Source of the DNA: Vicugna vicugna
Taxonomy: Eukaryota
Length of the DNA: 64,000 nucleotides
Assembly (NCBI GenBank): GCA_013265495.1
Contig: MU062559.1
Location: forward strand, 6,346,577 to 6,410,576
Reading direction: 5' to 3'
The position numbers and the translations under genes are program-made. This document shows, one piece after another, positions 50,401-62,680 of the stretch (position 1 is the first letter of the stretch; every line of letters begins with the position of its first letter). The notes beneath the pieces were generated by a model that saw only the letters and a program-made list of their open reading frames with translations, searched no databases and was not told where the DNA came from.

Positions 50401-51300
50401 AACACACGGGCTGAAAGAAGGCCAAGTAAGAATCAAAGAACTCCATGCCTTTGTTTTTTCAGTAATAAAAGACAAAACCTGAGGCACACTCACCCACACT
50501 CACCACTAAGGAGGGACCAGGGCCGGTGAAAGGTCCCGTGAACGTGGGCTCACTCTTCAACCAAGTCAGCCCCACATTTCCACTGTCCACTTTTAACCAT
50601 CACACTCTGACCCCAACAAATTAGCTTCACTCCCAAACTCCTTCCCACACACAGTGTCTATGTTAAGGGTCTGGAAGAGAATACACATCTGAGATTTAAC
50701 TGGCAACTTCCATTGCTACGGAACACATTGTGTGCGGACCCTTCCCTGAGGCTAATTGCCCCACTCTACTGTACCACACAGGGGGCTGAATATAGGCATC
50801 AAGGTAGAAAATATCCAGCCCAAATATTCAGCCCAGCTCCAGAAGATGCAGCCACATGGACAGACCAGCCAGGGATGCTCCACACCCCTCAACAAGCAAG
50901 AGCTAACGTGAGCAGGAGAAAGGGAATGTCACAGTGAGAGGACAGTCCCAGTTCCATGAATGGGAAAGAAGGCGCTGCCCTAAAATCCCCTAAGGCTGAG
51001 GCCTCCCTGGATGGTGGCATTTATGTGAATGGAACTCAAATCATGTATCAGGTCTGGGCTCAAAATGGCCACTTGGGTTTTCTTGTTACTGGATGAGCAG
51101 CACTTCATGGGAATGATTTACTGGTCACAGAGGAACACCATTTCATTCCCATTTTTTTTTAAATGGGGGAAACTCCGAGTTTCACATTTCTAGCAAGTGG
51201 GGGGGAATGCAGACAAGATGGGGACCAGTCCCCAAACCTGTCCTCTAGCCACTGAGGCTTTGTGTGCAATGGAGATTTCATAATTCCCAAGTCTAGGAGG

Positions 51301-51317
51301 AAAAAAAAAAAAAAAAA
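51301..51317. repeat. Poly(A)17 tract
   Basis: Seen directly. Confidence 0.95.
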
Positions 51318-51337
51318 GGAAGGTGGCCTAGATCATT

Positions 51338-51450
51338 TCCAGTCGAGACTGGGCTATGAACGGGCAGCACTGGCATCACCTGGAAACTTGTTAGAAACGC
51401 AAGATCTCTGACTCTACTCGAGGCCCATGAACCAGTCTGAGAAGCACGAT
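51338..51450 (+). mobile_element. MER5A-type hAT MITE, degraded
   Basis: gcagcactggcatcacctggaaacttgttagaaacgcaagatctc matches the MER5A core. Confidence 0.85.
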
Positions 51451-53759
51451 GCTAGAACTCATCGGAAGTGAGGAGCTTTCAGAAGAGCCAGGGAGCCCTC
51501 CTGTGATCTCAGGAGACACCACCACCCACAGCAACAAGCAGTCAGTGCCGGTCAGTTCACACCCTGGTCCTGGTGACTCCAGGTCCTATAATGTTTCTGC
51601 TCCAAATTGCAAACCAAGAATTTCTTCCAGGTGCAGTGAGAGGAGGGGGGCTGAGAGGGAAGGGGAGGGACTGAAGAGCCCTTTATCTTCAAATTCAGCA
51701 TAAACCCAGGCCCACCAAACAACAAGGGAGAGAAAAAACAAAATGAGAGAGTGCTAAACACAGCTGGCGATTAGCGCTGACAAAGGCTGAGGGAAGCACC
51801 TCTTCTTTCTTTAGAGAATCTAACCCACGCTTCACCACTTCACCACCGCTTCACTGCTTCACCCTGGGCTGGGGCTGAATCTTGAGCAGGGAGGGAGCTC
51901 GGAGGAAGGGGAAGGAGCTTGGTCTGGAACAAGAATTTCCTTCTCAGATGAAGTTCAAAATAAAGATAAGAGGACTTCAGAGTGACCTGAGTACAGGGGT
52001 GCTTTTGTTTCGCTTTTTAAAATTCAAGACTCTACAAACGGGCATATGCTATAGACGAGACGGTTTTATGCTCAAAAAAACAAATCAACAACAGCAAAAG
52101 AAACCCACAGTTTTGTTGTTGTTACTGTTGTTTTTAAATGCTGCTGGGAGACTGGTTGCATTTCAAATGCAATAGCTAAAGCTGCAAACTTCCTTTCTCA
52201 CTGTGTGTGCTCATCTCCTTCCAAACATGAAGAGATTAAGATCCACCTCCTCTAAACTTGGCTCATTAAAGGCAATCTTCCTGCTAAGTATTGAACTTGA
52301 ACTGCTTTGAAGCTTGATGCAAATAAAGGTCAAACTATTTTACCTCTTAAAGATTTAGGGGAAACAAACCTCCAAGAGGGCAGGAGGTGGAGATGTTGAA
52401 TGAGTCCTGAGAACTCACCATTCAAAGGGATTCAACCAAGAACGGAGTTTCATCTGCTGGCCGGCTCCCCGTCTGATCATCCCTCCCCTTCCAATCTCTG
52501 CCTGTTTGCACTGTTCAGTGTAAAATGAGTCAGGAAAGTGAAGGTTCTCATAGCAACCGCTAACAATCCACAGCGTCGCACACAGGCAGCATCGGCAACT
52601 GCTAATTGGGCTGTTGCTAAAGGTGAACCCTTAATATACCTCATGTGTGAAGTGGGCGAATCAGCATTCTACCAGACTTTGAAACTTCTGTATTTCTCAG
52701 TTTGTGTTTAAATCCGTAGCTTTAAAAAGTGGGCACGTGAAGAAAAACAAGGCCGAGATAAGCCAATCCTTAGCACAAGGAGTCTGTAATCCTACCACGG
52801 AGAGAACCAGAAACCTAAGACAGCGGAGTCATGGAGAGGCCCAGGTCCTACATAAACACCTGGTGCACCCCACATAAGCCCCCAGAAGCTGGGAAGACAG
52901 TTCAACCCAGCTTCTCCACTTCTTTGGAGCCACCCAGAAACACACAGTCCACATCTCATTAGGGCCCTAATTGCTCTTCTGAGAACTGGATCGATTAGCA
53001 TTAGCCCTTGGCTAGCTTACCTTTAAGCTCAGGGTACTTTAAAACTGAGCTCTGCCATCCAATTAGAGAGTGTTTATCTGATGAACCGAGGGAAGACACC
53101 AGTTGTCTTCTGAGCTGTCATCTCCTCCTCCTACAGATTACACTTACATCAAGGGGAAAATCCAATCAACCCAGTTTACTGAGTAAGGGAAGAGTCCGTA
53201 AAATCATGGCATTTCAGGGCTAAGAAGAAAGTCAGCTGTCATTTAACATAACCCAAGGCCACATAAGCTAGGACCACATCCTGGAGTTAACAATGGTTGG
53301 GTGGGGCCTATAAGCATACAGCCAGTGGGAAGTGAGGACAGGCACCTGTGTGAGCCTTGTTACAGGCCACGCAGTCAGCAGTGGGGTCTGGAGGAGAAAC
53401 AAGGTCTTCCCATTTCTTGTCCAGTGAACTTTCTATGATCAACGTTCCTTTAAAAATTTTATAGATACCTTTCACTTATTGTACTCCCCTATAAAGTTAG
53501 GCTTCCTATTCCAACTCTTCTAAGCTGAATATTTCCTGCTGAACAAAAAGGTGACAATCTCTTGAAGTCCTCTATAGGATCATGGAAAGCAATGGGGACA
53601 AAATGCTCGTCTAAGTACAAAAGCTAATAACGGTGGGAACAAGATTGTGACAATTCTTGCTGTCATAAAATCAAGGTCATTCACCGGCGAATAAAAACAC
53701 AGAGCCTAGTGAAGCAGAAAGAGACAGTCAATGAGGGTGAGCACAAATACCAACATGGT

Positions 53760-53900
53760 CTTCATTTCCATGAAAACTCGCCAAGACGTGATATGGGGAG
53801 TGGATGCAGAAAAGCAAACAGGATAATGAGAATGAGCAAAGTAGAAAGAAACAAGGGTCTCTCAAAATTCTGTGGCATGAATCGGGAGACAGGCAGTCAA
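53760..53900 (+). mobile_element. Possible L3/CR1 fragment
   Basis: gtggatgcagaaaagcaaacaggataatgag resembles CR1 ORF2 gtggctgccaaaaaagcaaacaggatgctgg. Confidence 0.3.
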
Positions 53901-55499
53901 GTCCTTGAATAGGAGCTGTTGTGCTTGTTAGACAGCTTGTTGGGAAGCACCAGCCTCGAGAGTCTTCCTCACCGGTGCCCTGCAGCTTCCAGCAGGTTAG
54001 AGTTCAGATAAATGGAGAGCTCCTCCAGAAACCACTGAGATTCTCAGAGCACCTTTAAAAAAAACAGAACCCAAACATGCTTGGACGTGTATATGAATGA
54101 GTCACTTTGCTTTAATCGGTTCCATGATTCACTGAAATCGGAAAGGAAGCAACATTAGAAAGCCTCTATCATTTCTCCGGGTAGCATGAAAGCTCAGATG
54201 GCAAACGTGCTGAAATGCTGGGATGGGCGCGTTCCCAGGGCTGCCAGGCAGGGCTGGAGACTCTCAAGGAAGCGCTGCTTCCAGGTTCCCAAACATCTAG
54301 GGCTGCCAGAGCCCCCAAAGTTACTATAATCCCATCTTATAAACCAAAAAGACCCACTGGGGCCTGGCACTTGACCTGGACTCTGAACAGTGCACTTAAA
54401 AGCAGAAGGTTCCCCTGAAAAGCGAGGAGGCTCAGAGGCCACAGCCCACCTTCCAAAGCCCGCCAGCGCCACGGGTGCTGTCAGGGAACGGGTATTTTTA
54501 AGTATATTCTGTATGAGATGGGAAACAATTATTTTATACTGTTTACAGATGTGAGAGGCAATTTGGCAAATGCCTTGATTCTAAAAATGCACTGACAGGA
54601 AATGGGGCAATATGGTAACAATTCAATAAATGCTTAAGTGCTAGATATCCTGGGACACTGATTCATGATTACCACAACACTCTGAGAAATGGGCATTAGA
54701 TGCAACAGTCCAGGGAACCTTAGCAGGCGTCTCCTCAGAGGAAACCCTTTCGCCAATCTCTAATATTAGCATTTCAACATCAGTTTTATGCATCATCTGT
54801 CAAAACGCTGCTATTCAAGATAGTCCATTTAACCCTTTCATCTCCAAATGAGACAGGAGAGTTCCTGGGAGATCAGCAAATATTGCGTCCCTCTGACCTG
54901 TTCTCTCTGAGCTCTACTTAAAGTATCACCAGGACTAGGCATGTTGCTTGGCCTTTTATTAGCAGAGCAGCTAAATAATTTATAAGGGTTGCATAGGGCC
55001 CATTAGAAGTGCCAGAGCAGTAATAACTGGCTTAGGACTTTGCTTACTCAGGGCTAAAGTTTAATTTGTCCATAAATGCCCCTGCTCATAAACCTGTCCC
55101 ACAGGTCTGACCTCCCCAATCACACGTTCTCGCCAAACTCTCATCCTAGATGTGTTCCTACTGGTGTCACCTGTGGAGCCCAGAAACAAATCCAAACTCC
55201 AAAACAACCACTAGAATCTCACACCCACATCGCTTCATTTCCTCAAGAGAGCCACTACCACTGCCCCCTGTAAAGCTTTGCTTCTGGTCATCCCAAAAGA
55301 AAGGCAGCATCTGGTTGATTCCCAGCCAACAAAAGAGCATAGGCAGATGCAATGGATGGAGGGAAGCCTGGAGAAACAGAAGAGGTAAGACCTTGGTAAC
55401 AGTGCATTCAATGTCACAAGATATCACAGTAATATTATATTCAATGTCAAGTTGGCGCTGCATTCTAAATGACAGCACGTATGGTAAGATCAAGAAAAT

Positions 55500-55660
55500 G
55501 TGCTCTGCCCTGTATTCAGCAAGAAAATTAACTTTCCTAAGCCTCAGCTTTCTCATCTATGAAATGGGGATTGTAATGATATCCACGTAACAGCTGTGGT
55601 AAGGATTAAATGAGGCAATTCACAGCACGTAATATTCATTAAGTAAAAGCTATTATTATT
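55500..55660 (+). mobile_element. MIR SINE
   Basis: ttaactttcctaagcctcagctttctcatctatgaaatggggattgtaat...tgtggtaaggattaaatgag...agctattattatt. Confidence 0.9.
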
Positions 55661-55669
55661 AGAGATTCA

Positions 55670-55830
55670 AACCTGGCATGAACCCTAGAGAAAACTTATC
55701 TGATCCCTTCACTTTATGAAAAAACTCCAAGGCCCAGAGAGGCTATCTGACTTGGGGGGAGTGGAGGGGGGGGCGTAGTTCTAAGCTTTAATCCAGTTCT
55801 CCAGACAAGACACCCAGTCTGGTGCTCTGT
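55670..55830 (-). mobile_element. MIR SINE (tail-to-tail with the previous copy)
   Basis: tctgatcccttcactttatgaaaaaactccaaggcccagagagg...tgacttg...ccagtctggtgctc. Confidence 0.55.
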
Positions 55831-55937
55831 TTTCCATTTCAGGGCTGTGGAGGCTCTAACACTCACTCTCCATGGTAACAGTATTGTTATTTTGTTTTTA
55901 GAATTTCAAAATAAGGTGTTAGCCCAGAACCAGAGTG

Positions 55938-56190
55938 CATTCATTCATCCAAGAACCTTCTCAGGAAGGCTGCCTCTGGGTCAGGCCTATTCCCGACACT
56001 GGGACCAGGGTTCTGCAGTCACAAGACAAAGTCCCTGCCTTCAAGCATCTTATGTTCTGGTGATGCAGACAGTCAATTTTAAACATAAGCTAGAAGATTT
56101 CAGATTGTGGCAAGTACAGAAAACAGGTGACACAAGAGAGTTGGCGGAGGTTGGAGTCGGGAGGGTACAAGTCTCTTAAAAGAGGTCATT
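55938..56190 (-). mobile_element. L2 3' region
   Basis: cattcattcatccaag...acaagacaaagtccctgccttcaagcatcttatgttctggtg. Confidence 0.8.
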
Positions 56191-56619
56191 CATGCCGGTT
56201 TCCCTGCAGTTTCATCTCGAGGGAGATGGCACTGGAACACGGGTTTCAGCATATGCATACATGAATATGCATGACTGTATGTGATAAGAAGAAATTATAC
56301 AAAGTGGCATAAACTCCTAAACAGTTCACTCTTGGGCAATCATATCAGAAAGGAACATACCACCCATTAATGGCTTTATCAAAACAGACTTTTTCTGGTC
56401 TTCGGACTTCCCTCCCTGGCTACTCTGGGGTGGACATGTGGGTTCAGGCAAAAGGATACCAGAGTAATGCCAGAAGGGGGTCACGTGGCCCTCGTTCAGG
56501 TGAAGTTCATGTCTCTAGCCTCTGGGGGTTGGCTTCTCAGCCCCTTGGCATCTGTGCTTTGTGCCATGAAATTCCTGCCCCAAGAACCAGTTCAGGGGAT
56601 CAAAGAGCTTTTATTAATG

Positions 56620-57010
56620 TCTCAGTTCAGGCCGATGGAGGGAGGGAATGGTGGAGGCGGCAGGCCACTCACCCCTCCGCTCAGCCGCCCTCCTCCACAA
56701 CGGGGCCATTGAGCAGGCGCCACAATCAGGGGCTGAGAAGAAAAGGCCGAAGGAAAGCACAGAGGGCCCCGCGCACAGACGCGGTCATTCATCACCAGGC
56801 AAGTGCCAATATCTGGGAACAGCCATCTCAATTTCTGCAAATCCTCCAACCTGCAACAGCTGCTAGTGACTCTGGTGGGCGGCCCTGCGGCTTGCGCGGG
56901 GTTCCAACACCCAGCCCTGGCCCGGAGCCAAGCCGACGGTCCTCGGGTTACAGACACGCTGGCTGCGGAGCGCGGCAACAATGGACTCACAGCTTATAAA
57001 GCAGCTTACA
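56620..57010. promoter_or_regulatory. CpG-enriched segment, candidate enhancer/alternative promoter
   Basis: Clustered CpGs (gcggccctgcggcttgcgcgggg, gctgcggagcgcggc), GCCAAT, SOX-like AACAATGG and TATAAA near 56995. Confidence 0.4.
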
Positions 57011-58726
57011 AAGGGCTCCCGTGTATTTCAGAAAGCACTTCAGATAGCTGGTGAGAGAAGCTATCTGCACAAACGCATTCGGGCAGTTTATTCCTAACCC
57101 ACTTAATTCAAGGTTTCTGTCAGAAGCCAATGGCACAGGGTGGGAAGCTGCAGGGAATGGCAAGAGGGCCAGCCGGGCGGCACTGGGGTGATGCAGTCAG
57201 CCCTTCCCTCCAGAGTCCCAGCAGGTTGGGGAGTCCCGGCAGCAGTCAGCCCTTCATATGAATAACAGAAGGAATGAAGAAATGAAAGAGTCTGTGGGAT
57301 TCCTTGGCTTGTTGTGAGCTGTCTCAACTGTTCCCATCGGCATCCTGATGGCGCATTTATAGATGACACTCTGAGTGCCATCTAGACGCCTGCCACCACG
57401 CAACCCAAAGGCACCTGTGTCTGACTGCACCTTCATTGTCTGACCGCACCTTCATCGTGGGGCCAGCCAACTCCTGCTCTGCTTACCACTCGCCAGTCTC
57501 CAGGGACCCGCCCATCTCTGTGTGATCTATCCTTGCCTTGTTAGGCACAGCTTAGTTCTGGACAACAGTTTTGCCAGCCAACAGGCAGAGATCAAAAGAA
57601 GCTAGAGACTAGGAAAAAAAAAAAAAACAACAAAAAACCAACATTGAGGCTCAAAGGCCCGAGTTTGGAGTCTGGAGCTCACGGAAGCCACTGATAAACA
57701 CAGAGCGCACCAAACAGAGATCATCCTCATGGAAGAAAAGAAATACAAAGGTGAGTAACAATTCTTTATCAATTGTGTTGTGCCCATCAACCCTTCAAAC
57801 TTAAGTTCTTTGGACGAGTTGATTGGCAAGACAAAATTGATAAAAAAAAACCTGTTACTTACCCCTGTCCTTCTTACCCAGAATGCACATCTACTATTTC
57901 CAGTGTGACTGCCCTGGGTTTTTCGTGATGTGTTTTAAACGTCAGAATTCACCAAGAGGAAGGGTCCCTGTGACAAGACGTCAGAGAAACAAGATCTGAT
58001 ATCACAAAGAAAGAGCACAATGGCGTGAAGGCACAGCTACCTACCAGAGCTCTGCTTCCTGCCCCCGACGCGCTGCCGGCAACCAGCCAAGCCCCAGCTG
58101 AGGCAGAGCGGGGCATGCGCACGCCCAGGAAGGCTCCCCTCCCTGGCCCACCATCCTTGACTAGGCACTTCTGCCATGGTTCTTCGTATCCAGGTGCTGA
58201 AGTTTCCATCTGCCAGAGGAATAGTTCCCCGGAGAGGACTTAACTACTGGCATTTATTTAAGTATGTGCTGTACTGCACTGCAAGCTAAGGGTTTCTTGT
58301 CAAAAATAAGCTCCTTGAAGGCATATACGAGTTCCCCTTTCCCCCCGTGCAGCGCCAAGCACTAGCAGGTGCTAACGAATAACCTCTGAGTAACCAACTA
58401 GGGAAAAGAGGGATGCGAGCATGAATACAAGCAAGAACAAGTATCTGTTACCGTGTCTCCCTGCCCACCCGACTGTGGAGGAGAAATTCCCTCCTCTCTC
58501 ATCAGAGCAGGCTGCCTCCCCGGAGCATCACGTGAAAGGGAAAGAGACCACTCCCCGCACTGTGCCTATTTTGATACGAAGGGTTGGTCTGTCATCAGCA
58601 CATCCTAATCAGCAGCACTCACAGATAGGTCTAAACTCGGAAAGGAATTTAAAAATTCCCAATCAAACAATGAGAATCAAGAGTAAAAAAGAAATAGCAG
58701 TTTGTGGAAAAAGGGACTAAAATACA

Positions 58727-59010
58727 NNNNNNNNNNNNNNNNNNNNNNNNNNNNNNNNNNNNNNNNNNNNNNNNNNNNNNNNNNNNNNNNNNNNNNNNNN
58801 NNNNNNNNNNNNNNNNNNNNNNNNNNNNNNNNNNNNNNNNNNNNNNNNNNNNNNNNNNNNNNNNNNNNNNNNNNNNNNNNNNNNNNNNNNNNNNNNNNNN
58901 NNNNNNNNNNNNNNNNNNNNNNNNNNNNNNNNNNNNNNNNNNNNNNNNNNNNNNNNNNNNNNNNNNNNNNNNNNNNNNNNNNNNNNNNNNNNNNNNNNNN
59001 NNNNNNNNNN
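58727..59010. other. Assembly gap (284 N)
   Basis: Run of N. Confidence 0.99.
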
Positions 59011-59660
59011 GGAAAAGGAGGCACACCAGGGCAGGGAAATGGGAACTTCTCCACCCGCCACAGAGTAGTCCATTTAAATATCTTCCTACATATAGTGAAG
59101 GTAAGCATGGGGGTTACTGGGTTTATTCAGGACTGCTACTATAAAGCATGAGTATAACAAGAAAAAAACTACAGGGAATCCAAAAAGCTTAAACTGAAAC
59201 TTTTGGAGAAAGTTTCTCCAAAGTCCATTTAGAAGCCTGTAAGGCAACTTTGCAGAGAGCGGTATCCCTGGAAATCGAAAGCCACTGAAGAGAGATGCAG
59301 ATCTCATTTATGAGACCTCATGGGCAAAGAGTGGTTTAAAAAAAAAAAAAAACTCCACAACTTACAAGGCCTGGATTAAGTGGGTAATCTAAGTAAGTGG
59401 GAAAAAGCTCTAATGACAAAAAACAAGACTGAGAGAATGCAGTTGTGTCTCAGATGCCTTCCAAATATGAAAGGAACTTCTGCGGACTGTTCTTGCTCCT
59501 ACAAGGTCTGTGCCTGGCAGCCCTACATCGGGATCTGGGACCGATCCCATGGCACTGAGACTGAGTGCAGCTCCGTGGGCTTTGTCGGTGCCCTTGTGCA
59601 CGGGTTGTGAGGAAGCGTGTGACGTGGCCAGTGGTATCTAGCTACTTGAATGAAAACCCG

Positions 59661-59678
59661 TGGCGCCCCCTCAGGGGC
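59661..59678 (-). promoter_or_regulatory. Candidate CTCF motif (reverse)
   Basis: Minus strand GCCCCTGAGGGGGCGCCA; core CCCTGAGGGGGCGC matches CCACCAGGGGGCGC at 11/14. Confidence 0.35.
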
Positions 59679-60699
59679 AGCAGGAGAGTGTGCTTGGGCT
59701 GCCTGCCCACACCGGACACCACATGTGTTTTAACTCCCCTGTAGTGCCGTTCACTCCAGTTTTACACAGAGGGCCAGGATCAGGCGCTGCCAAATCCATC
59801 CCATTAGTTTGGGGAACCCTTGGGAAAACTTTCTGAAAGGAACCCAAGGTGAGCAAAGACCTGAGGCTTGGGGGCAGATACTTATCAGTGATGAAGACTT
59901 TTTTTTTTTTTAATCCAGTTATATCTCTGTTTGAAAGGGGGATGTGAAAGGTGGTACCCATAGCAACCAAGATTAAGTCGTTATAGGCACAGTATGCACT
60001 GCTCACCCCAGGGCTGCCCATTACCAGATTTCAAAGCACTTCCCTCTAATTTCAAATTACCACACCATTTACACTCCCTCTCCTGCATGCAGGTCCTGAC
60101 ATTTTCTGCTCTGAGGCCGGCCAAACAGACATGCCCGCAGGGCAGGGGAAGCACTGAGCAGCCCAATCCTGGATGCTGCTGCTTTTCACCATCGCTACTA
60201 AATGGCTGGTAGGAAATGCTAACAGGTTGACAAGATGGCACTGAAAAAATCCACACTGAAATGTGTTTTTCTGGGGACACAACAAGAATGGGATTAGAGC
60301 GGAGACATCTGGGCACATCCAGAGACAGGTGCTGTACTGGAAACATTCCAGCAGAGAGCAGCCATCAGAATTCTGTAAGCTTCCCATTCTTTCCCCTCAT
60401 GCCCACCAGGTAGAAGGCAGACTAAGGAATCTTTAATACTCAGAAAGAACCTTAAAGCAGGAGGGGGGGAGAAGGAAAGGAAAAGGAACCCATGGGAAAA
60501 CGCTCACAGGTCTGACCCTTTTGTACCCTTCTACTGGCTCTTGTCAGCTCTGCAGAGGACAGGCCTGATACCTACACAAGATACTGTCCCCTGGTCTCAT
60601 CAACTCTGAAACACCGAAGAACACCGAAGCAGGAAGAGTAAAAGGCAATAGTAAGACGCCGAAGTCACGATTTAGGAGGTGAGGATTCTTTTCACTTAC

Positions 60700-60733
60700 C
60701 TTTGACCTATCCATCCAGAGACAACCAAAGGGC
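60700..60733 (-). other. Candidate 34-nt mini-exon
   Basis: Acceptor ggatttctgtttctcgttag|GCCCTT and consensus donor AAG|GTAAGT. Confidence 0.4.
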
Positions 60734-61399
60734 CTAACGAGAAACAGAAATCCACAACTCTCTTTTCTCGGCACAGGAAATCCAACTGAGATGGTGAGGG
60801 CTCAACATCCCGATTAGGAGGCTGCACCACCCTCAGACCAACTCCACGGGAAGTGGTGCCACCGCAAGGGCTCTCTCTGCCTCAGCTGCGGACAGACTGG
60901 CTCAGAACTGCCATGTGGGTCTTGCTGTTTCCCTCACTTCTACGTCCCAGCATCACATCAAGATCAACAGGCCAGTCTGATGGAAATGATTCACTAGGAA
61001 GCAGGAGAGCCAGAATTCGTCTTTAAGGGGTCTAGCTCCAAGGTCTGTGGCTGCCATTAAACCACGGCAAACGAACTTATTTTTACTGATCTCTTTATTT
61101 CTCTGTTTCAACCCCCCCCCAAATTGAAATGACTATTCAAAAAAATGGAATCCCTGCCTCTTTTACCCTGAGACACTCCACTGGGTCCTGGAAGTCTCCT
61201 TTGATGCCTTCTACTCGTCCTCAGGTACTGGGCCTTCTTAGGTCTCTGATCATCCTAGTCACTCACTTCTGATTCTTCTACAGTCGGCTGATGTCCTTCC
61301 TAAAAGAGTGGTCCTTGGATGGACTATCATACTCCAGGCCTGCACTGAGCAGGGATGAGCCAGCACTTGGCTCCACCACTCTCTGGATCCTGTACTTTT

Positions 61400-61590
61400 G
61401 GGTTAGAACAATAATTTTTCTAAAATCTGAGTTGTTTCTCCTACCCGTTACCCTTTTTCAGATACTATTTTTCTTCATGTCTATACATTCTGTACTTTGG
61501 TAGATACAACTACTTTGCTTGAAGGCTGGAACTACGTCTTATGCATTTTAATATTCCTAGCAAAGTGCCCAGTGGATATAAAAAAAATTA
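61400..61590 (+). mobile_element. L2 3' terminus
   Basis: gcttgaaggctggaactacgtcttatgcattttaatattcctagcaaagtgcccag. Confidence 0.65.
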
Positions 61591-62429
61591 TGAAATGGCC
61601 ATGCGATTGAACGACCCACAAGTACGATGAGGCTCATTCTGGGGATGATTCATGATCTAAAGATGGAAGATAATCAGGCTGTAAGTGTAGGCTTGCACTT
61701 TCATCCTCATGACCAGTGGGTGATGGTCTGCCTGCAGGGATGGGGAGCGGAGGGCAGAGCACTGAGAGGCCGCAGGCAGGAGAGCTGAGACAGGAGTTTA
61801 CGTGCCCAGACAAAAGCAGAGGGAAAAACGATAGATGAGTAGATCCATTTCTTTTAGGCAACTCTTTCTGAAAACTGAGGACACAGGCAAAGTTGTTCTG
61901 CCTAGACGAATCACACCCAGCTTGCAAAAGAAAACGGTCCATATCTTCTTGGATGCTCCTGTGTCGTCTCCTTTGGGAAGTCTCTTCCATTCCTCAATTG
62001 TTGTCTCCTCTGCGTGCTCATCCTATGTTGCCTACACTTTTCATAACTCCATTTTGTTTCTCCCTGTTGAAGTTTTCCATGTGGCTGTTTCAACTACTAC
62101 ACTAAAAGATATCCAAGACAGCAGAAATTATCTGATTCGTTTAGGCACCATCCACATCCTGTCAAAGATGACCATTCTTTTAGCAGCCTTGTGAAAATCT
62201 TGGCCTCATTAAAAGAGACTCCCCCAAATCTGTTTATTGTGCTAATACTTTCCTACGAGTGACCCTTCAGGACCTTCTGACATGAACTCAAATAATTCAT
62301 AATGATATCTCTGGAAGCGAAGAAGTAGGGCAGCCCCAGACAAGTCTCATGTCAAGCTACCCATTTCCAGGAACTGGACCCAAGTGAAAGCAAGTAGGCG
62401 GCGGAGACAGACTCAAATGGAGAAGTCCC

Positions 62430-62680
62430 AAGAGAAAGAATACCCCACTTTACACATAACCATTAAGTTGCAATCCAATTAAAGTATCTGAAAAGAATTC
62501 GTAAGTATCAGCAGACCCTGTAATTGCTTAATTAAGGATAGAAGCCCAGCAAACACAACTATAATAACAGCCTGATTCATTAGCACCTCTGTGATAGCAG
62601 AATGGGATTTCTCACTCATACATACATTGGCCTTAATTGTGTAATTTGGTTAGGAACTGGTAATCAATGGGGATCCACCA
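62430..62680. promoter_or_regulatory. Homeodomain-motif-rich candidate enhancer
   Basis: Dense TAAT/ATTA cores (ccattaag, ccaattaa, gtaattgcttaattaagg, gattcattag, cttaattgtgtaattt, ggtaatcaatgg) in repeat-free sequence. Confidence 0.4.

Noticed and set aside
56370-56999. Longest ORF in the track (209 aa, + strand)
   Set aside because: Composition rich in R/G/S/P/A, typical of GC-rich non-coding DNA; no recognisable domain; overlapping ORFs in other frames; no splice context.
58649-59151. ORFs of 118-149 aa here, and similar ones at 24-548 and 15356-15938
   Set aside because: Open only because N gaps translate as X.
7094-60733. Assigning a host gene symbol from the exon/intron spacing (multi-exon 5' UTR regulators such as TRERF1, ZMIZ1 or HIVEP3 came to mind)
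   Set aside because: I do not recognise the exon sequences and recalled exon sizes did not match cleanly; needs BLAST or liftover.
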